The notes beneath the pieces are model-generated. The model saw nothing but the letters and a program-made list of their open reading frames with translations, ran no database searches and was not told the DNA's origin. Shown in pieces: positions 12,342 through 28,190 of a stretch of DNA of 64,000 nucleotides. Source of the stretch: Selaginella moellendorffii (lineage: Eukaryota > Plantae > Lycopodiophyta); NCBI RefSeq assembly GCF_000143415.4, contig NW_003314317.1:1-64000 (forward strand), written 5' to 3'. How positions within the stretch are numbered: the first letter of the stretch is position 1; every line of letters starts with the position of its first letter. Both the position numbers and the translations under genes were made by a program.

Positions 12342-14315
12342 ATGTTGAGAAGAGGCGCTGCTAGGTTTCGATCGGGAGCGCCGGCGATCGCTGCCCGAGC
12401 GCTCCTTTCTCAGCGATTCAGCGGCGCTTCCTTCTGTAGCTCCAGTGCTGCGATCGATCAAGGGGTAAGAAGAGATTTTGGTGTCTAGGTCGTGAATCGC
12501 CTTGATTTCTCTGTTTCTTTGTCAGACTGGAAGCTCCCAATCAAGCAGCGAGCCCTATGATGTGGTGATCGTCGGCGGGGGAATGGTCGGAGCGGCTGTG
12601 GCTTGTGGCCTAGGTGAGGTTTTTTTTCTCCACTCCTGGATTTACTTTGCGTGGAAATTTCTTTCAGTGAGCTCTCCACTGACGAGATCACTTAAGATCG
12701 CTGTGATCGATGGAAGTCCTATATCGTTTGATAAGGTGAAGAAGAGCGATATCCCAGACCCTCGCGTCAGCTCCATCACTCCCGCGACTGTCTCTTTTTG
12801 CAAAGGTTAGATTTTTTCCTTCGCTACATGTCTTGGAATAACTTTGCTTTTTAGATATCGGTACATGGGATGATTTGAAGTCGAAGGTGGCTCCATTCGA
12901 CTCAATGCAGGTATTTCTCTTTGTCCTGCCTTTGAATTTTCGTTTGGTTTTGTGTTGAATTCGTTGCTTTCTCAGGTCTGGGATTATGCTGGCCTGGGTT
13001 ATACACGCTACAACGCAGCTGACGTTGATGAGCCTGTTCTCGGGTATGCCATTTTCTTTTCGTTGTCGTTTGAAGTGAAACTTTAACCCTTCGGTATTCA
13101 TGCGCAACAGATATGTTGTGGAAAATGGCATTCTCGTTTCCTCTCTTCGTGCGCGATTACAGGTTTCTTTAACGTAAAGCTCCATCACTTATGGACAGTG
13201 TTTCTTTTTCTTTTGTTTTCATCAGGGTTCAGACGTTGATCTGTTATGTCCAACGCAAGTTGATTCTGTGATCTTTCCACATCGAGTAGGCGGTTTGCCG
13301 GAAGAAGAGGGATCCAACTGGGCTCATGTAAATCTCAAAGATGGCCGTTCGATCGCAACGCGGCTTGTGGTAAGTACTTTGGTTCAGGAAAAAGAAAGAC
13401 ACGATCTCGACTTTTTCTTTTCAGGTTGGAGCTGATGGTGGGAAGTCCAAGGTTCGGAAAATGGCTGGCATCAGTACGACTGGGTGGGATTACATGCAAG
13501 AGGGCCTGATTTGTACAGTTCGAGTTGATGAGCACCATTCCACGGCATGGCAACGATTTCTACCGACGGGTCCGCTGGCCTTACTTCCAATGAACGACGA
13601 TTTCAGCAACATAGTTTGGTCTACAACTCCCGAGAAAGCAAAGGAGCTGAAGAGCCTACCCAGCGAAGACTTCGTGAACGCTGTCAACAATGCTCTGACC
13701 AAGGACTTCTCTCCACCACCCAAGTCGGGATTCGCAGAGGTTTTGACGAACAGGTTCCTGTCGCCGTATTTTGGAAACTTAGCGCCGTCAGCCACAGAAG
13801 AGTTCCAGTTCCCGGTGAAGGTGAAATCAGTGGAGACGGACAGGCTTTCGTTCCCGCTCTCGCTCTCTCACGCTCGAAGCTACGCTGCTCCCCGCGTGGT
13901 TCTCGTCGGTGATGCGGCACACACCGTCCATCCTCTTGCTGGACAGGGCGTCAACCTTGGATTTGGAGACGCTGCTGCTCTTATCAAAGTCTTGGAAAAG
14001 GGAGTGAGATGTGGTCTTGACGTGGGAGAGGTAAGCGCACCTCTTTAAAAGCTCTTGCCTGTTTTACAACTCACCCTTTTGTTCCAGATCTCGCTTCTCA
14101 ACGAGTACGAGAACACTCGCAAGTTTGCCAATCTTCCCATGATGGCCGTGCTCGACGGCTTCCAGCGGATTTTCTCCACCGACTCGGGCCCCGTGAACGC
14201 TCTTCGAGCTGCGGGATTTAACTTGGTGCAATCCTTTGGTCCCTTGAAGAAGCTCGTCATCTCGTCGGCTATGAGCAACGGCTTTAGTGGGCTTCCCGGG
14301 CTTCTTCGCATCTAG
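12342..14315 (+). CDS. COQ6: Ubiquinone biosynthesis monooxygenase COQ6 (mitochondrial)
   Basis: Arg-rich presequence; DVVIVGGGMVG, PDPRVSSITP, AWQRFLPTGPLALLP, LVGDAAHTVHPLAGQGVNLGFGD. Confidence 0.95.
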
Positions 14316-14426
14316 TAAACTTCTCAATCCCAAGGACGCTCCTTTTTTTTCGTATTTGGCGGCATATTCACTGAATCTCCTTTCTCTTTTTTCTTTTTTC
14401 TGATCTTCGCTAGGTCTCGTAAGCTG

Positions 14427-15797
14427 ATGGCTCTATTCGATGGGAGGGCGACTGCGGTGGAGGTGATGGATGGGATCCGCCTGGATTCCAAGGTCGCCAT
14501 CGTCACAGGTAGATCCTTTTGATCGTTTTTTTCCGCTGCTACTCGAAGCTCTACAATTTTTCTAGGTGCCAATGGAGGTATTGGATTTGAGACCGTGAGA
14601 GCTCTCGCGATCAAAGGCGCCCATGTCATTCTCGCTTGCCGGAATCTAAAGTCCGCGGAGGCTGCAAAAGCTTCCATTTTGAGAGAGGAGCCGGACGTCC
14701 AGCTCACTGTTCTTCGCCTGGATCTCAGCTCTCTTGCCTCGGTTCGTGAGTTTGTGGAGGAGTTTAAGTCTCTCAAGCTTCCTTTGCATATCCTCATGTA
14801 AGTTTCTTCTCACCTTTTTGTTTTCATAGCTTTTCTATCAGCCCATCTCGTGACGCTGTGGATGATTTCATGAAGCAACAATGCAGGTCTAGCGTCCAGC
14901 GAGTTCATGCTCACGGTGGATAACTTGGAAGTCACATTTGCGACAAACCATGTTGGTAAGCTCAAGGTCCACCCTTTCGCGATTTTGCGATGGTGATTTT
15001 TTTGGTTTCCAGGACACTTTCTTCTCACGAACTTGCTCCTCGACTTGATGATCAGTACTGCCTTGGAGAGCAACAGTGAGGGGCGGATCGTGATAGTCGC
15101 GTCGAGACAACACGAGAGTGCCAGAGGCATCAATTTTGACAGCCTTCACAAGAAAAGCTGGCTGCAGTCCTTGCCGCTCGTAAAGAGGCAATCCAGTCAT
15201 GTAAGATTCTTTTGGCAGCAAATTCTAACACTTTGCGTCTGGCAGCTACCACGGGTTGTGCTCGGTGTACGCTCAATCCAAGCTCGCCAACGTTTTACAC
15301 GCGAAGGAGCTCGCACGTCTTCTCAAGGTTTTTTCTACACTAGTCACTTCCTCGTTTCTGGCATAACTCTACGGTGGTGTAGGAACGGGGAGCGAATGTA
15401 ACAGTGAACTCTTTGCATCCCGGAGTGATTCACACAAACATTGTTCGCAACTTCTTCAAGCCCGCCGAGTGTAAGATCCAGGAGTTTGTTTCGATCTTTT
15501 TCTAACTTTCTTTCTTCGTACAGATATGTATAACGCGTTCCCTCGAATGTTTAAAACCATGGAACAGGTACTTCGATCGATTCATTTTTTTCTTTCGGGA
15601 CCATTCTTTGATGTTCTTCTTTTGTGATTTCCCAGGGAGCAGCGACTACTTGTTATGTGGCGGCTCATCCAGATTTAAATGGCGTCTCCGGGAAATACTT
15701 CGTGGATTGCAAAGAAGCTCCTTGTAGCCAATATGCCAACGATCCAGAGCTCGCGGAACATCTCTGGAAGTACAGCGAGGAACTCGTGAGATCCTAG
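14427..15797 (+). CDS. Short-chain dehydrogenase, TIC32/retinol-dehydrogenase-like
   Basis: Spliced [36 protein letters not shown] (YxxxK), [18 protein letters not shown]. Confidence 0.92.
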
Positions 15798-16151
15798 CCG
15801 TCGCGCACGAGCATGCGTGTCACCATCTTGAGATGCCATCTGGCAAGCTCATCCACCGCGTCAGCCCTAACTGCTACCACGTGGCCCCGAGCTCCACGTG
15901 CTATTTTTTGGATAAGGGCGCCAGGATAAAGTAAGGGGGATATTCCCAGCGCTCTATTTTAACTGTGCTAGGTCGAAAAGGAAAATTCTTGTTCCAGGCA
16001 GGGAATCTGGGCTGTGTAGGAGATTCTTTCCCGTAAATTATTGATTCTAGGGTTCTAGGGCGTAGCGAGCGACCGAGCGAGCGATCGAGGTACCGGAGGC
16101 GCGATCGATCGATCGATCGGTTCTTTGAGAGCGATTTAGGTCAGCACCGGA

Positions 16152-16820
16152 ATGCCAGAGGAGCTGGGGATCTCGCCGCCGGCGTGGAGCGCAGCTGAGA
16201 TCAAGCTGTTTGAGTCGGCGCTATCGGTCTCCGCTCACAAATTTGGATCGGGGGAGCCGAATTGGGAGAAATTCCATCTACCGGGCAAGCAGGGGTGGGA
16301 GCTCAAGCAGCAGTATGATATGCTCGTCAAGGACGTGGCGGCGATCGAGGCCGGCCTTGTGGCGCCTCCGAATTACATCGAAGCTCCTCCGCAGGGCTCC
16401 CCGGATCGCAGCGGCAGCCCCGGCAGGAAAATCCCTGCTTCCATCGTACACAGGACGAGCGATCACCCCCCGCAAGAGCGAAGGAAAGGAATCCCGTGGA
16501 GCGAGGACGAGCACAAGTAAGTCGATTGGAGCTGCGGTTTCCGATCGATCGATCGATCATCGTGCTTACATTTTTCCACTTGTGTGATCTATAGGCTGTT
16601 CTTGATCGGCCTGGAGAAGTATGGCAAGGGAGACTGGCGAAGTATCTCCAGGAAAGTAGTGATCACAAGAACACCTACGCAGGTGGCGAGCCACGCGCAA
16701 AAGTATTTCAATCGCCTAGCGTCCAAGAACAAGGACAAGAGGAGGAACAGCATTCACGACATTACGTCCGTGTCGCCTCCGCCGTTGATTTCGCCCCACC
16801 ACCGTCCGATGCACCACTGA
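16152..16820 (+). CDS. DIVARICATA-like R-R-type MYB (SHAQKYF), 2 exons
   Basis: [17 protein letters not shown]-like repeat; [31 protein letters not shown]; [15 protein letters not shown]; RRNSIHDIT. Confidence 0.93.
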
Positions 16821-17031
16821 TTTTTTTTGTTTTTTTCTGGTTTTGCCCTTATTTTGTCCTGTAGACCTTGCGTCTATACTGTACATTGTATGAAGGAATT
16901 TTTGGAGCTTTCTCAAAACTGTTATTCGCTTTTGTTCTTCTTTTGGCTGTTTAAATTTATTTTTTAATATATATATGTGTATATATATAAATATATGTAT
17001 ATATATAAACTTTGCATTATTGTTTATAGCT

Positions 17032-18071
17032 TTAGTAACCTTTAATGAGTGATACAAGCACAACACGGGGCGGTTCACCGGGCAACCTGCAATGCATCAC
17101 TGACAAGTTGTCAACGATCACAACGTCACCTTTTTGCCAGTCCAACACGACTTGTTCCTCTTGCAGCACCGTAGCTATCTTGTCAAGTTCTTCCACCGGG
17201 ATGGGTGATCCGTCTCCAAACGCAACTCCGCGAGTGACAGGGTCGTCTTGGACAAGGCAAATGCTGTTGAACCAAGCCATGGAGCCTTTGACCGGGTGCT
17301 TGACTGTCGCAGAGAAAGGCCCTCGATAAGCAACCGGCTCGTCATGATCGGATCCATCGGCTTTCCATTCCAGTCGAGCTCCAATCGCTTCAGCTCTATC
17401 AAAGGAATCGGAAAGTTACACACTAGCTCCCTCTCGGTATACCTCTTTTGCGCAATGGCTTTGTCCGTGGTCTGGAACGCTTCCTCCCACTTTTTTGGAA
17501 GTCCGGTGCGGTAGCAAATTCGCTTCTCCTGCAAGAGATTGAAGATCTCGGGCATCTCTTTTGCGAGCCTCTGGTACACGAGCTCGCCGTTGACGAGAGC
17601 TGTTCCTCCCCCTCTCGGCGATGGCTGCTCGCAAAAGAACATGATCACGTCCGGATAGACAGTGAGCTGTTCATGGAGAAACTCGAGCAAAATCAAGGAG
17701 TCGGATCTTTGAGAAGGCAAATAACTTACATAGGCCATCTCGTTGTGGAAGGAGATTCGCTTGTCCACGGGGTCTTCGTTGGCCGTGAACACGGGACCAA
17801 GGATGTGCTTCCTTGCACCCCCGCCGTGCTTGTAGTCCATGCTGGTGTAGCCCAGCGCCTCCACGACGCTCGCAAAATCCTGGGCATTTGCCAGCTTCCA
17901 TCCCCGGAGGAGAAGTGCGCCGTGCTCCACCACTTTTCCCCGGATCGAAGCCCTCTTTTCGCGAATCAGATGCAAGAGGCTGTGCAGGGAATCGTCGCTG
18001 CCATTGTCTGGGACGAGAAGCGCTGGGAATTCATCCATTAGAGAGCCCTTGAGGAGTGGATCAAATTTCAT
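17032..18071 (-). CDS. TauD/clavaminate synthase-like 2OG-Fe(II) dioxygenase, 3 exons
   Basis: HGALLLRG, VFTANE, FHNEMAY (HxE), FFCE, WFN, WQKGDVVIVDNLSVMHCR; frames join through GT-AG introns. Confidence 0.9.
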
Positions 18072-18354
18072 TTGACCTTTATAGTCTACAGTTGACTTAA
18101 GATTGACTTGGACCACAAGTTACACAAACTTTTTTGGGGCTCAAAACGTGCAATTTTTCACAAAGAAAAGTTGAAGAGTACTCCACATTTTGCGAAGCTT
18201 TTTTTTTTTGGGCCCAAAACATGTGATCTACGTGAAATGTCAAGGAGGTACCCCACATTTAACGCGCCACTTTTTAGGGAAGATCTCATAAAAGACAAAA
18301 GAAACAAAGAAGTATTGAACAGTGAGTTTTAATAAAGCACACCTCCTTTCTCTT

Positions 18355-21174
18355 TCACCTTTGACGCGAGCATATATAGTTTGACATCAACACATAGCTT
18401 CCAGAGCTTGTGTCCACCACTCCCAGTCCCTCCAATCTTTGCAGCGTTTGGAAACAAGTTTTTCCAATAGCATCGTTCTTCCATTTGCAGCACGCATCCA
18501 GCAAACAAATCCACAAAGGTACAACGTTTTCTCTGTCCCCGAGCTCCAGCACCATAGCCAGTGCCTCCTCCAACTTATTCGCCTGCCCAAGCAAATCCAC
18601 CATCACTCCATAGTGTTTGATACTTGGTTTCAATCCATACAGCGTCACCATCCTCTCAAAGTAGCTCTTTCCTTCCGTGACGAGACCAGCGTGATTGCAA
18701 GCGGAGAGAACACTCAAGAAAGTTATCTCGTTTGGTTCCAGCAGCTCCTGTTCTTCCAAACTCTTTAGTAAATTAAATGCACTGGCGGCATCTCCCTGGC
18801 GACTGTATCCATCCAGCATCGAGTTCCAAGTGATCAAGTCCTTCTCCTCGTCCCCAACAAGGGAAAATCTTTCTTCTGCCTCAGCAATGCTTCCACATTT
18901 GCCGTAGAAATCGATGATTGAGTTCACCACCATCAAGTTCTTGTGAAGTCCAGCGTTTCGGACCTCGGCCTCGATCTTCCTACCAGTTTCAAGAGCTCCA
19001 TAGTTTCCACAGGCCTTGAGAACTGCCGTGAAAGTTGTGGCATCAGATGATACTCCGGAAGCTCGCATTCTCGAGTAGAGATCGAGAGCTTTCTCGGCAT
19101 CACCACCCTCCGCATAGCCTCGGATGATCGAAGTCCATGCCACCACATTTGGATTGGAAATCTTTTCAAAAACTTGGCAAGCGTTCGCCAGGCTTCCACA
19201 CTTGACGTAAGTATCCACTAAGCTACTCGCTACAAAAACATGTTCTTCCAATCCATATCGTCTCGCATCCAAATGAAACTCTCCAGCTTTCTCCAAACAC
19301 ATATTTTTATCCACGAGAGATTGGTTTGCGTACAAGGCAGCACAGGCCTTTAGAGCAGCCAAGATAGTCACTGGATTTGGAGGAATTCCTTCTTCGTCGC
19401 GCATTCTATAGTAGAGCTTCAGAGCCATTTCTTCTTGTCCACACTCGGCATAACCCGTGATCATACAGTTCCAGGACACTAGATCTCGCTGTCTCATATT
19501 TTCAAACACTTTGCGAGAGTCTTCCATATCCCCAAACTTTGCGTATGTTTCTACAAGCCGGCTAGCGACAAAAACATTGCATTCCAGTCCATCCTTCCAA
19601 GCTTCACGATGGATTTCTCTCACTTTTGATTGTAGCTTGTCAGTTTCCAACTTATGGCATTCTTTGAGCTTGGAACTTAGCTCGTGATCTTTCTCATGTT
19701 CTTTGCTTAAACTCTCAGCTAGACTCACACAAGCCTTGAGCACGGCAAGGTAAGTGATAGCATCTGGTTTCCATCCCTCGTTTCTCATCATCTCAAAGAT
19801 CTTCAATCCCATTTTGCCCTCTTTACATTCACCATAGCCTGCTATAAGACAATTCCAAGAGACTGTGTCTTTGTCTACCATACAATCAAAAACTTGCTGG
19901 GCGCCCAGCATGTCCCCACACTTGGCATAAAAATCCAGCACACAATTCCCCATAACAATGTTAGATTCAATCCCATTCCTCACAACTCTTGCTAGAACAA
20001 CTTGTTTGCCATGTTGAACCTTTGCCACCTCATTATTAGCTTCTGCCAGTGCATGCAATACTGCTGAAAATGTGATTGTGTCAGCTTGAATCCCCTTGTC
20101 AAGCATTCGAGAGAAAAACTCAATCGTTCTACCTGTGTCACCTTTCTGGGCATACCCTGATATCATCCCTGTCCAAGACACCAAGTCCGGAGTCATTATT
20201 TTCTCAAACACACCATTAGCTTCTTCCATGCTTCCACACCTTGCATACATTTCCACCAGCGAGCTCGCTACAAAGGGATGATTTCCATGGCCATGTTTGA
20301 GAGCTTGAGAGTGGATCGATCGCCCCTTTCTCAAAACATCTCTAATCTTCTCTTGTTGATTTTCCATTTGATCTTTCCTTGTTACTAGAACATTCACACA
20401 AGCTTTGAGAGCAGCAACAAATGTAACATTGTTTGGATAGCATTCACTCGATTGCATCTCGTCAAAGAGATCCAAAGCAAGTTCACCATGGCCAAGCTCT
20501 GCGTACCCCTGGATCATTGCTGTCCATGAAACAACCGTGCGCTGCGTGATCCTGTCAAAAACTCGTCGAGCATCGCTCAAGCTCCCACATTTTGCATACA
20601 TATCCACCAAAGAGTTTGCCACGAAAATGTGTGTATCATCACCACTGGCTGCTGCTTGGGCATGTAGATCTCGCCCTCGTTTCAAGCTCTGTGCTTTCAC
20701 AAGCTGCGCACCAACAAGAGTTTTCTTCTCCTTGTCTGCAAGAGCAATGCAAGCACGTAGGGCAGCAAGATACGTCACGAAATTTGCTGGAATTCTGGCT
20801 TCTTCCCTCAGCTGCGAGAAGAGCTCTAAGCCAAGCTCGCCATTTTGATTCTCGGCACAAGCTTTGATGATACAATTCCAAAGGACGATTGATCTACGCT
20901 CTCGGACACTCTGGAAAACTCTGGTGGCTTCAACCAAGTTTCCACACTTGGAGTACATGTCTATTAACGTGCTTGCAACACGAACATCAAGGCTTCTCTC
21001 ACCGAACCTGGCTTCTATGCTGTGGATTTTCTTGCCGGATTCTATGTCTTGTGAAATGCTGCAAGCTTTCAATGCGGCCACCACCACTGCAACACTGGGC
21101 CGATCTCCTGTTTCCACAATCCTAATATAAGTTCTGAGTGCAGGTGGAGCACCCCTTGATGGTGGGTTTTGCAT
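18355..21174 (-). CDS. PLS-class PPR protein with partial E domain and no DYW (candidate editing factor)
   Basis: Repeated P-L-S motifs (VANSLVDMYAKCGSL, VVSWTAMIQGY, TFLSVLSAC), HYGVMVDLLGQA, YVLMSN. Confidence 0.93.
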   Translation of the reverse strand: MQNPPSRGAPPALRTYIRIVETGDRPSVAVVVAALKACSISQDIESGKKIHSIEARFGERSLDVRVASTLIDMYSKCGNLVEATRVFQSVRERRSIVLWNCIIKACAENQNGELGLELFSQLREEARIPANFVTYLAALRACIALADKEKKTLVGAQLVKAQSLKRGRDLHAQAAASGDDTHIFVANSLVDMYAKCGSLSDARRVFDRITQRTVVSWTAMIQGYAELGHGELALDLFDEMQSSECYPNNVTFVAALKACVNVLVTRKDQMENQQEKIRDVLRKGRSIHSQALKHGHGNHPFVASSLVEMYARCGSMEEANGVFEKIMTPDLVSWTGMISGYAQKGDTGRTIEFFSRMLDKGIQADTITFSAVLHALAEANNEVAKVQHGKQVVLARVVRNGIESNIVMGNCVLDFYAKCGDMLGAQQVFDCMVDKDTVSWNCLIAGYGECKEGKMGLKIFEMMRNEGWKPDAITYLAVLKACVSLAESLSKEHEKDHELSSKLKECHKLETDKLQSKVREIHREAWKDGLECNVFVASRLVETYAKFGDMEDSRKVFENMRQRDLVSWNCMITGYAECGQEEMALKLYYRMRDEEGIPPNPVTILAALKACAALYANQSLVDKNMCLEKAGEFHLDARRYGLEEHVFVASSLVDTYVKCGSLANACQVFEKISNPNVVAWTSIIRGYAEGGDAEKALDLYSRMRASGVSSDATTFTAVLKACGNYGALETGRKIEAEVRNAGLHKNLMVVNSIIDFYGKCGSIAEAEERFSLVGDEEKDLITWNSMLDGYSRQGDAASAFNLLKSLEEQELLEPNEITFLSVLSACNHAGLVTEGKSYFERMVTLYGLKPSIKHYGVMVDLLGQANKLEEALAMVLELGDRENVVPLWICLLDACCKWKNDAIGKTCFQTLQRLEGLGVVDTSSGSYVLMSNYICSRQR

Positions 21175-21715
21175 TTGGACTGCTGGATTAATGTGTGAAA
21201 TACTACTCTACTCGTTCAACAGGTGACTATTGAGGGTATGTGCTGAAAGCATAGCGATCCAAGATGCCGTGCCTTGCTCCAGCTTGCAATGAATACATTT
21301 AAGTCACCTTTTCCACTATCTCATTTTGCAGGATGCTGTAACAAGTGTTTTTCATGAGACAATTTTTTTTCTGGAGCATCATTTGTCCAACTTCCTTTCC
21401 TTCAACATAATACCCTTTCTGGGCATTTGCAGAATCATTCCGAATCGAACCTCTCAAATTGTCCTTCTCCCTTCACCTTTGCAATGGCATTACAAACCCT
21501 GTGCATATTCTTATGGCAGCCTGAGTTGATCAATACAGGTAATACTGTTCCCTGCTCGGGCACAGTACCTATAATAAGAATAACAGTATCTGAATGCAAA
21601 CCCATGATTTTTGCGTCGTATGTGCGCAACGTTCAAGTCCCAAATTTGCTGAAGAGCATCAAAAGAGTAAATTTGATGTAACATCAAAAGAGCAAATTCC
21701 AAGGATTTGTATATT

Positions 21716-22152
21716 TTAGTGGAGCGAAGTACAGTCTGGAGAGGGCTTCCACAGTGTACTGCCGAATGATATCAGCTAAAGAGACGACAATGCAGGCTTC
21801 ACCAAAGGATTCCTCTTGCACAAAATCGTATTGTGATTCCTTGCACTGAGTGGATTCGGGTATGGAATGTTTCTGGAAGGAGCAACATGGGGCTCTAAAA
21901 TGCTGCCCTTCACTGCTCCTGCAAAGCAAATCCAAAAGTTGATGTAGCGATAAACTTTGTCTGATGCTACTAGTGGTTTTTGATTTGCCATAACCACCCA
22001 AAGGAGGCATCCTTCCCAAATCCGTGGGGGTGAGTCAGTGCTGCTTAAGAGAATGAAGTTGCCATTCCCAATGATATTGCACAAGCAAACCTACAAGAAA
22101 CTTGAGCCCACAAGCAACAGAAACACAAGCAAAACACCATTAAAGTTGCCAT
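21716..22152 (-). pseudogene. Degenerate paralog of the secreted PEBP-like gene at 9313-9888
   Basis: Shared blocks NGNF.LSSTDSPP, KVY.YIN.WI, SILEP.VAPS, SARNH and SLADIIRQY; frameshifts, and a deletion removing the intron donor. Confidence 0.85.
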
Positions 22153-22337
22153 TAGCAAATTTGATGAATCAATTGATGTTGCATTTTCTCAGGATTTATA
22201 CAAAGCAAGATAGCTTAGGATTTATTTCCTGCCACCCAAAATCAAAATCTATTTTCCATTTTCCCCTTTGATCTGATCTCCCCTTTTCACCCTAGAATAA
22301 ATTCAAATGTCTAGGGTTCCCGCCCTAGGGTTCGCGA

Positions 22338-23400
22338 ATGCAAGGCAGCGCTCCATCGCGGCCCGCCACAGCTGAGGAGGAGGCATGGCTGGATGCTCAA
22401 GAGTTTCTGGATCATGCCCACACTCAGTGGCTCTACGCCAGTGACGGAATCGCTACAGCAGCGCAGGTTTTGATCCCCAATGTCCTTTCATTTAGTCTCT
22501 ATTTCTTCATGCATTCATTAGGATGCCCATGGCTTTGAGGATTATGGCTTTGAGAATTCCGAGGCTTTCGGGATGATGAGAGACGTGCAACAAGCGTAAA
22601 TCGCCAGGCATCGAATTTACATCTTTCTCAAGTTTTTTGTTTTTCTTTTTTCCAGCTCCGAGTTTCTTGTGAATCGAGAGATTGCAACAAAGGCGTCGTT
22701 TCATCGCCTGAGTTCCATGCGGAAGTCTGCACTGAAACTAGTAAGCATAATTGATGAGGCTATCCATACTGTCGTTCAAAACGAACGGTGCGTCTATCGC
22801 TACTCTCTAGTTTTTCTTCCTTCTAAAAGCATGCGTGTTCTTCAGGAATGCTGCCCTGGAGAAAATCGAGGCTGTGATGCAAATGAAAAACGAGTGTGAG
22901 GAAGTCGCAATAGCCGAGCGAATGCAGCTCCAGTCCGAGGTTGCACTGCTTAAGCAGCAGGGAGAATGCCTGGTAGATCTCCTGGTAAGTTTTTCCTTTT
23001 CCATAAACTTCCTAGATCGATATCTCTTCCGAGTCGATCACTTGATGACTGACTTTGTTGATTTTCAGGAACAAGAGAAAGACAAGAGCATTTGTGCAAT
23101 CTGCTTTACAAGAGTAAGCCCTTCCCATCGATTTCTTTCTTTTTGATTTGCTCGCATTCGCGTTTGCAGCCGAGGAACGTCATCACTTTACCTTGCTGTA
23201 AGGAGGAACGCTTTTCCTTTGCTTTCGGTGCTGCAACTTGACTTAGTTCTTTCTTTTCTTTTCGTTTCTTTTCTCTGGTTGTTGTTGCTGCAGTGCACTT
23301 CCACTACTGCAACTCGTGCCTCGATCAGCACCAGAGAACAAATCGAACTTGTCCGAGCTGCAGATGCCCGATAAGTGGGACACTGAAATGCAGCTTATAA
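22338..23400 (+). CDS. Small coiled-coil + C3HC4 RING protein (putative E3 ligase), multi-exon
   Basis: Spliced CAICFTRPRNVITLPCLHFHYCNSCLDQHQRTNRTCPSCRCPI; upstream heptad-rich exon. Confidence 0.8.
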
Positions 23401-23949
23401 AATCCATGGCGACGTCTCTCGAAGAAATCCTTGCAGGGATCGCACGAGGAAGAGCGAAAATACTTTAAAAAAACACGAAGAAAGGAGAAAAGGAAAAAAG
23501 AGCTTTTTCCACAGCTACAATGTGGAAAACACTACTACAATGTCAATCAATCAATTCGTTCACAAACCTTGAGAAAATAATGATTATAGTAGAGAGTTTT
23601 ACTTGGAAGAGTGGGGGAGTGGAAGTTATATAAGAAGAACTACTGTTCTAGTTTGTCATGGTCTGGGCATAGAGAAGCTCCACCTATAATCTCCAATGCC
23701 TGGGCCGTGGACATAAAAATATTATAAAGAAGAACACAAGGGCACAAGGAAGGTTTTGGGTTTGTGATTTTATGGAAGAAGAATATATGGCAGGGCGACA
23801 CTGGCAGGGCGGGGCCGCCTGATCTCTCCGCCCCGAAATCCCTCTCGCCGGTGGATGGATCGGATCCCATGGAGTGTAGGCGCAGCTTCCAGCTCGATCA
23901 ATTCATGTGGCGCCTGGCTTGGATGAGAAATCGGACCTAGGCCGGAGGT

Positions 23950-27320
<3,371 letters not shown>

Positions 27321-27446
27321 CATGTATATTATGATTCTTCCCGGTTTTTTTTTTTTTCTTCTTTTTTTTTCTGCTTTCTTATTTGAAGCGGTGTTGTAAA
27401 CAAGGTTTTGAAGTAAACAGGAATGTAGGAATTATAGCTATTCGTA

Positions 27447-27484
27447 TTAGGTTTTAGGGTTTACAGGGATTTAGGGTTTATAGG
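27447..27484. promoter_or_regulatory. Cluster of degenerate TTTAGGG (telo-box) units upstream of the SSSCA1-like gene
   Basis: TTAGGTTTTAGGGTTTACAGGGATTTAGGGTTTATAGG. Confidence 0.55.
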
Positions 27485-27494
27485 TGTGTGGAAA

Positions 27495-28190
27495 ATGGAG
27501 GAGCGTAGCGAGGGCGCCAGCGCGCTGATCGCCGCCAAGATGCTGCAGGGATGGGCGCTTCTCGGCGAGCATTGTCCGGCGTGTTTGACGCCACTGATGA
27601 GGAACAAGTGAGTGATTGCTCTCTCTATTCGACGGTTTAGTAATTTTGGATGCTTCGTCTCTAGGGAGAAGAGGATGTATTGCGTTTCTTGCCAGCAATG
27701 GGTAGTGCGTGAGAATGAGACTGCCAAGGTCGACAGGGCTGAGAAGATCGAGAAGATTGAGACTGGTAGCACCGTGGAAGAAGATGGAAGAGATGGGAAT
27801 TCGAGCACGGCGCCTTGGAGAGATAGAGATCAACCTCCACTTTTGCTTCCAAAGGTAGTCGCAACTCATTTCCATTTTCTCATTCCACTTTTCTTTTGTT
27901 TCTTGTAGGTGTCTGAGGAGTATTGGTCACCGGAAGTGATAAGCACTGTGGAAGTGAAAATCATGGTAAGATCAGTATCGAGTCTTGGATCCCATTTGAT
28001 TTGTATTTTTTTTTGAAAGGAGCTGCGCAAGGCCATCGACGAAACTAGAGATGTTGCGCAACTAAAACTGGTAGGCCAAGTTTCTTGTTTTCTTTTTCAA
28101 CACAAACGCGCAACCTTTGCTTTTCCTTGGCAGCTCATTGATACTTTAACTTCGTGCTTGACATGCCTGGAGCTTCTCCGGAAAAACTAG
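27495..28190 (+). CDS. SSSCA1/autoantigen p27-like zinc-ribbon protein
   Basis: IAAKMLQGWALLGEHCPACLTPLMRNK-EKRMYCVSC; last exon ends TAG at 28188-28190. Confidence 0.85.
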
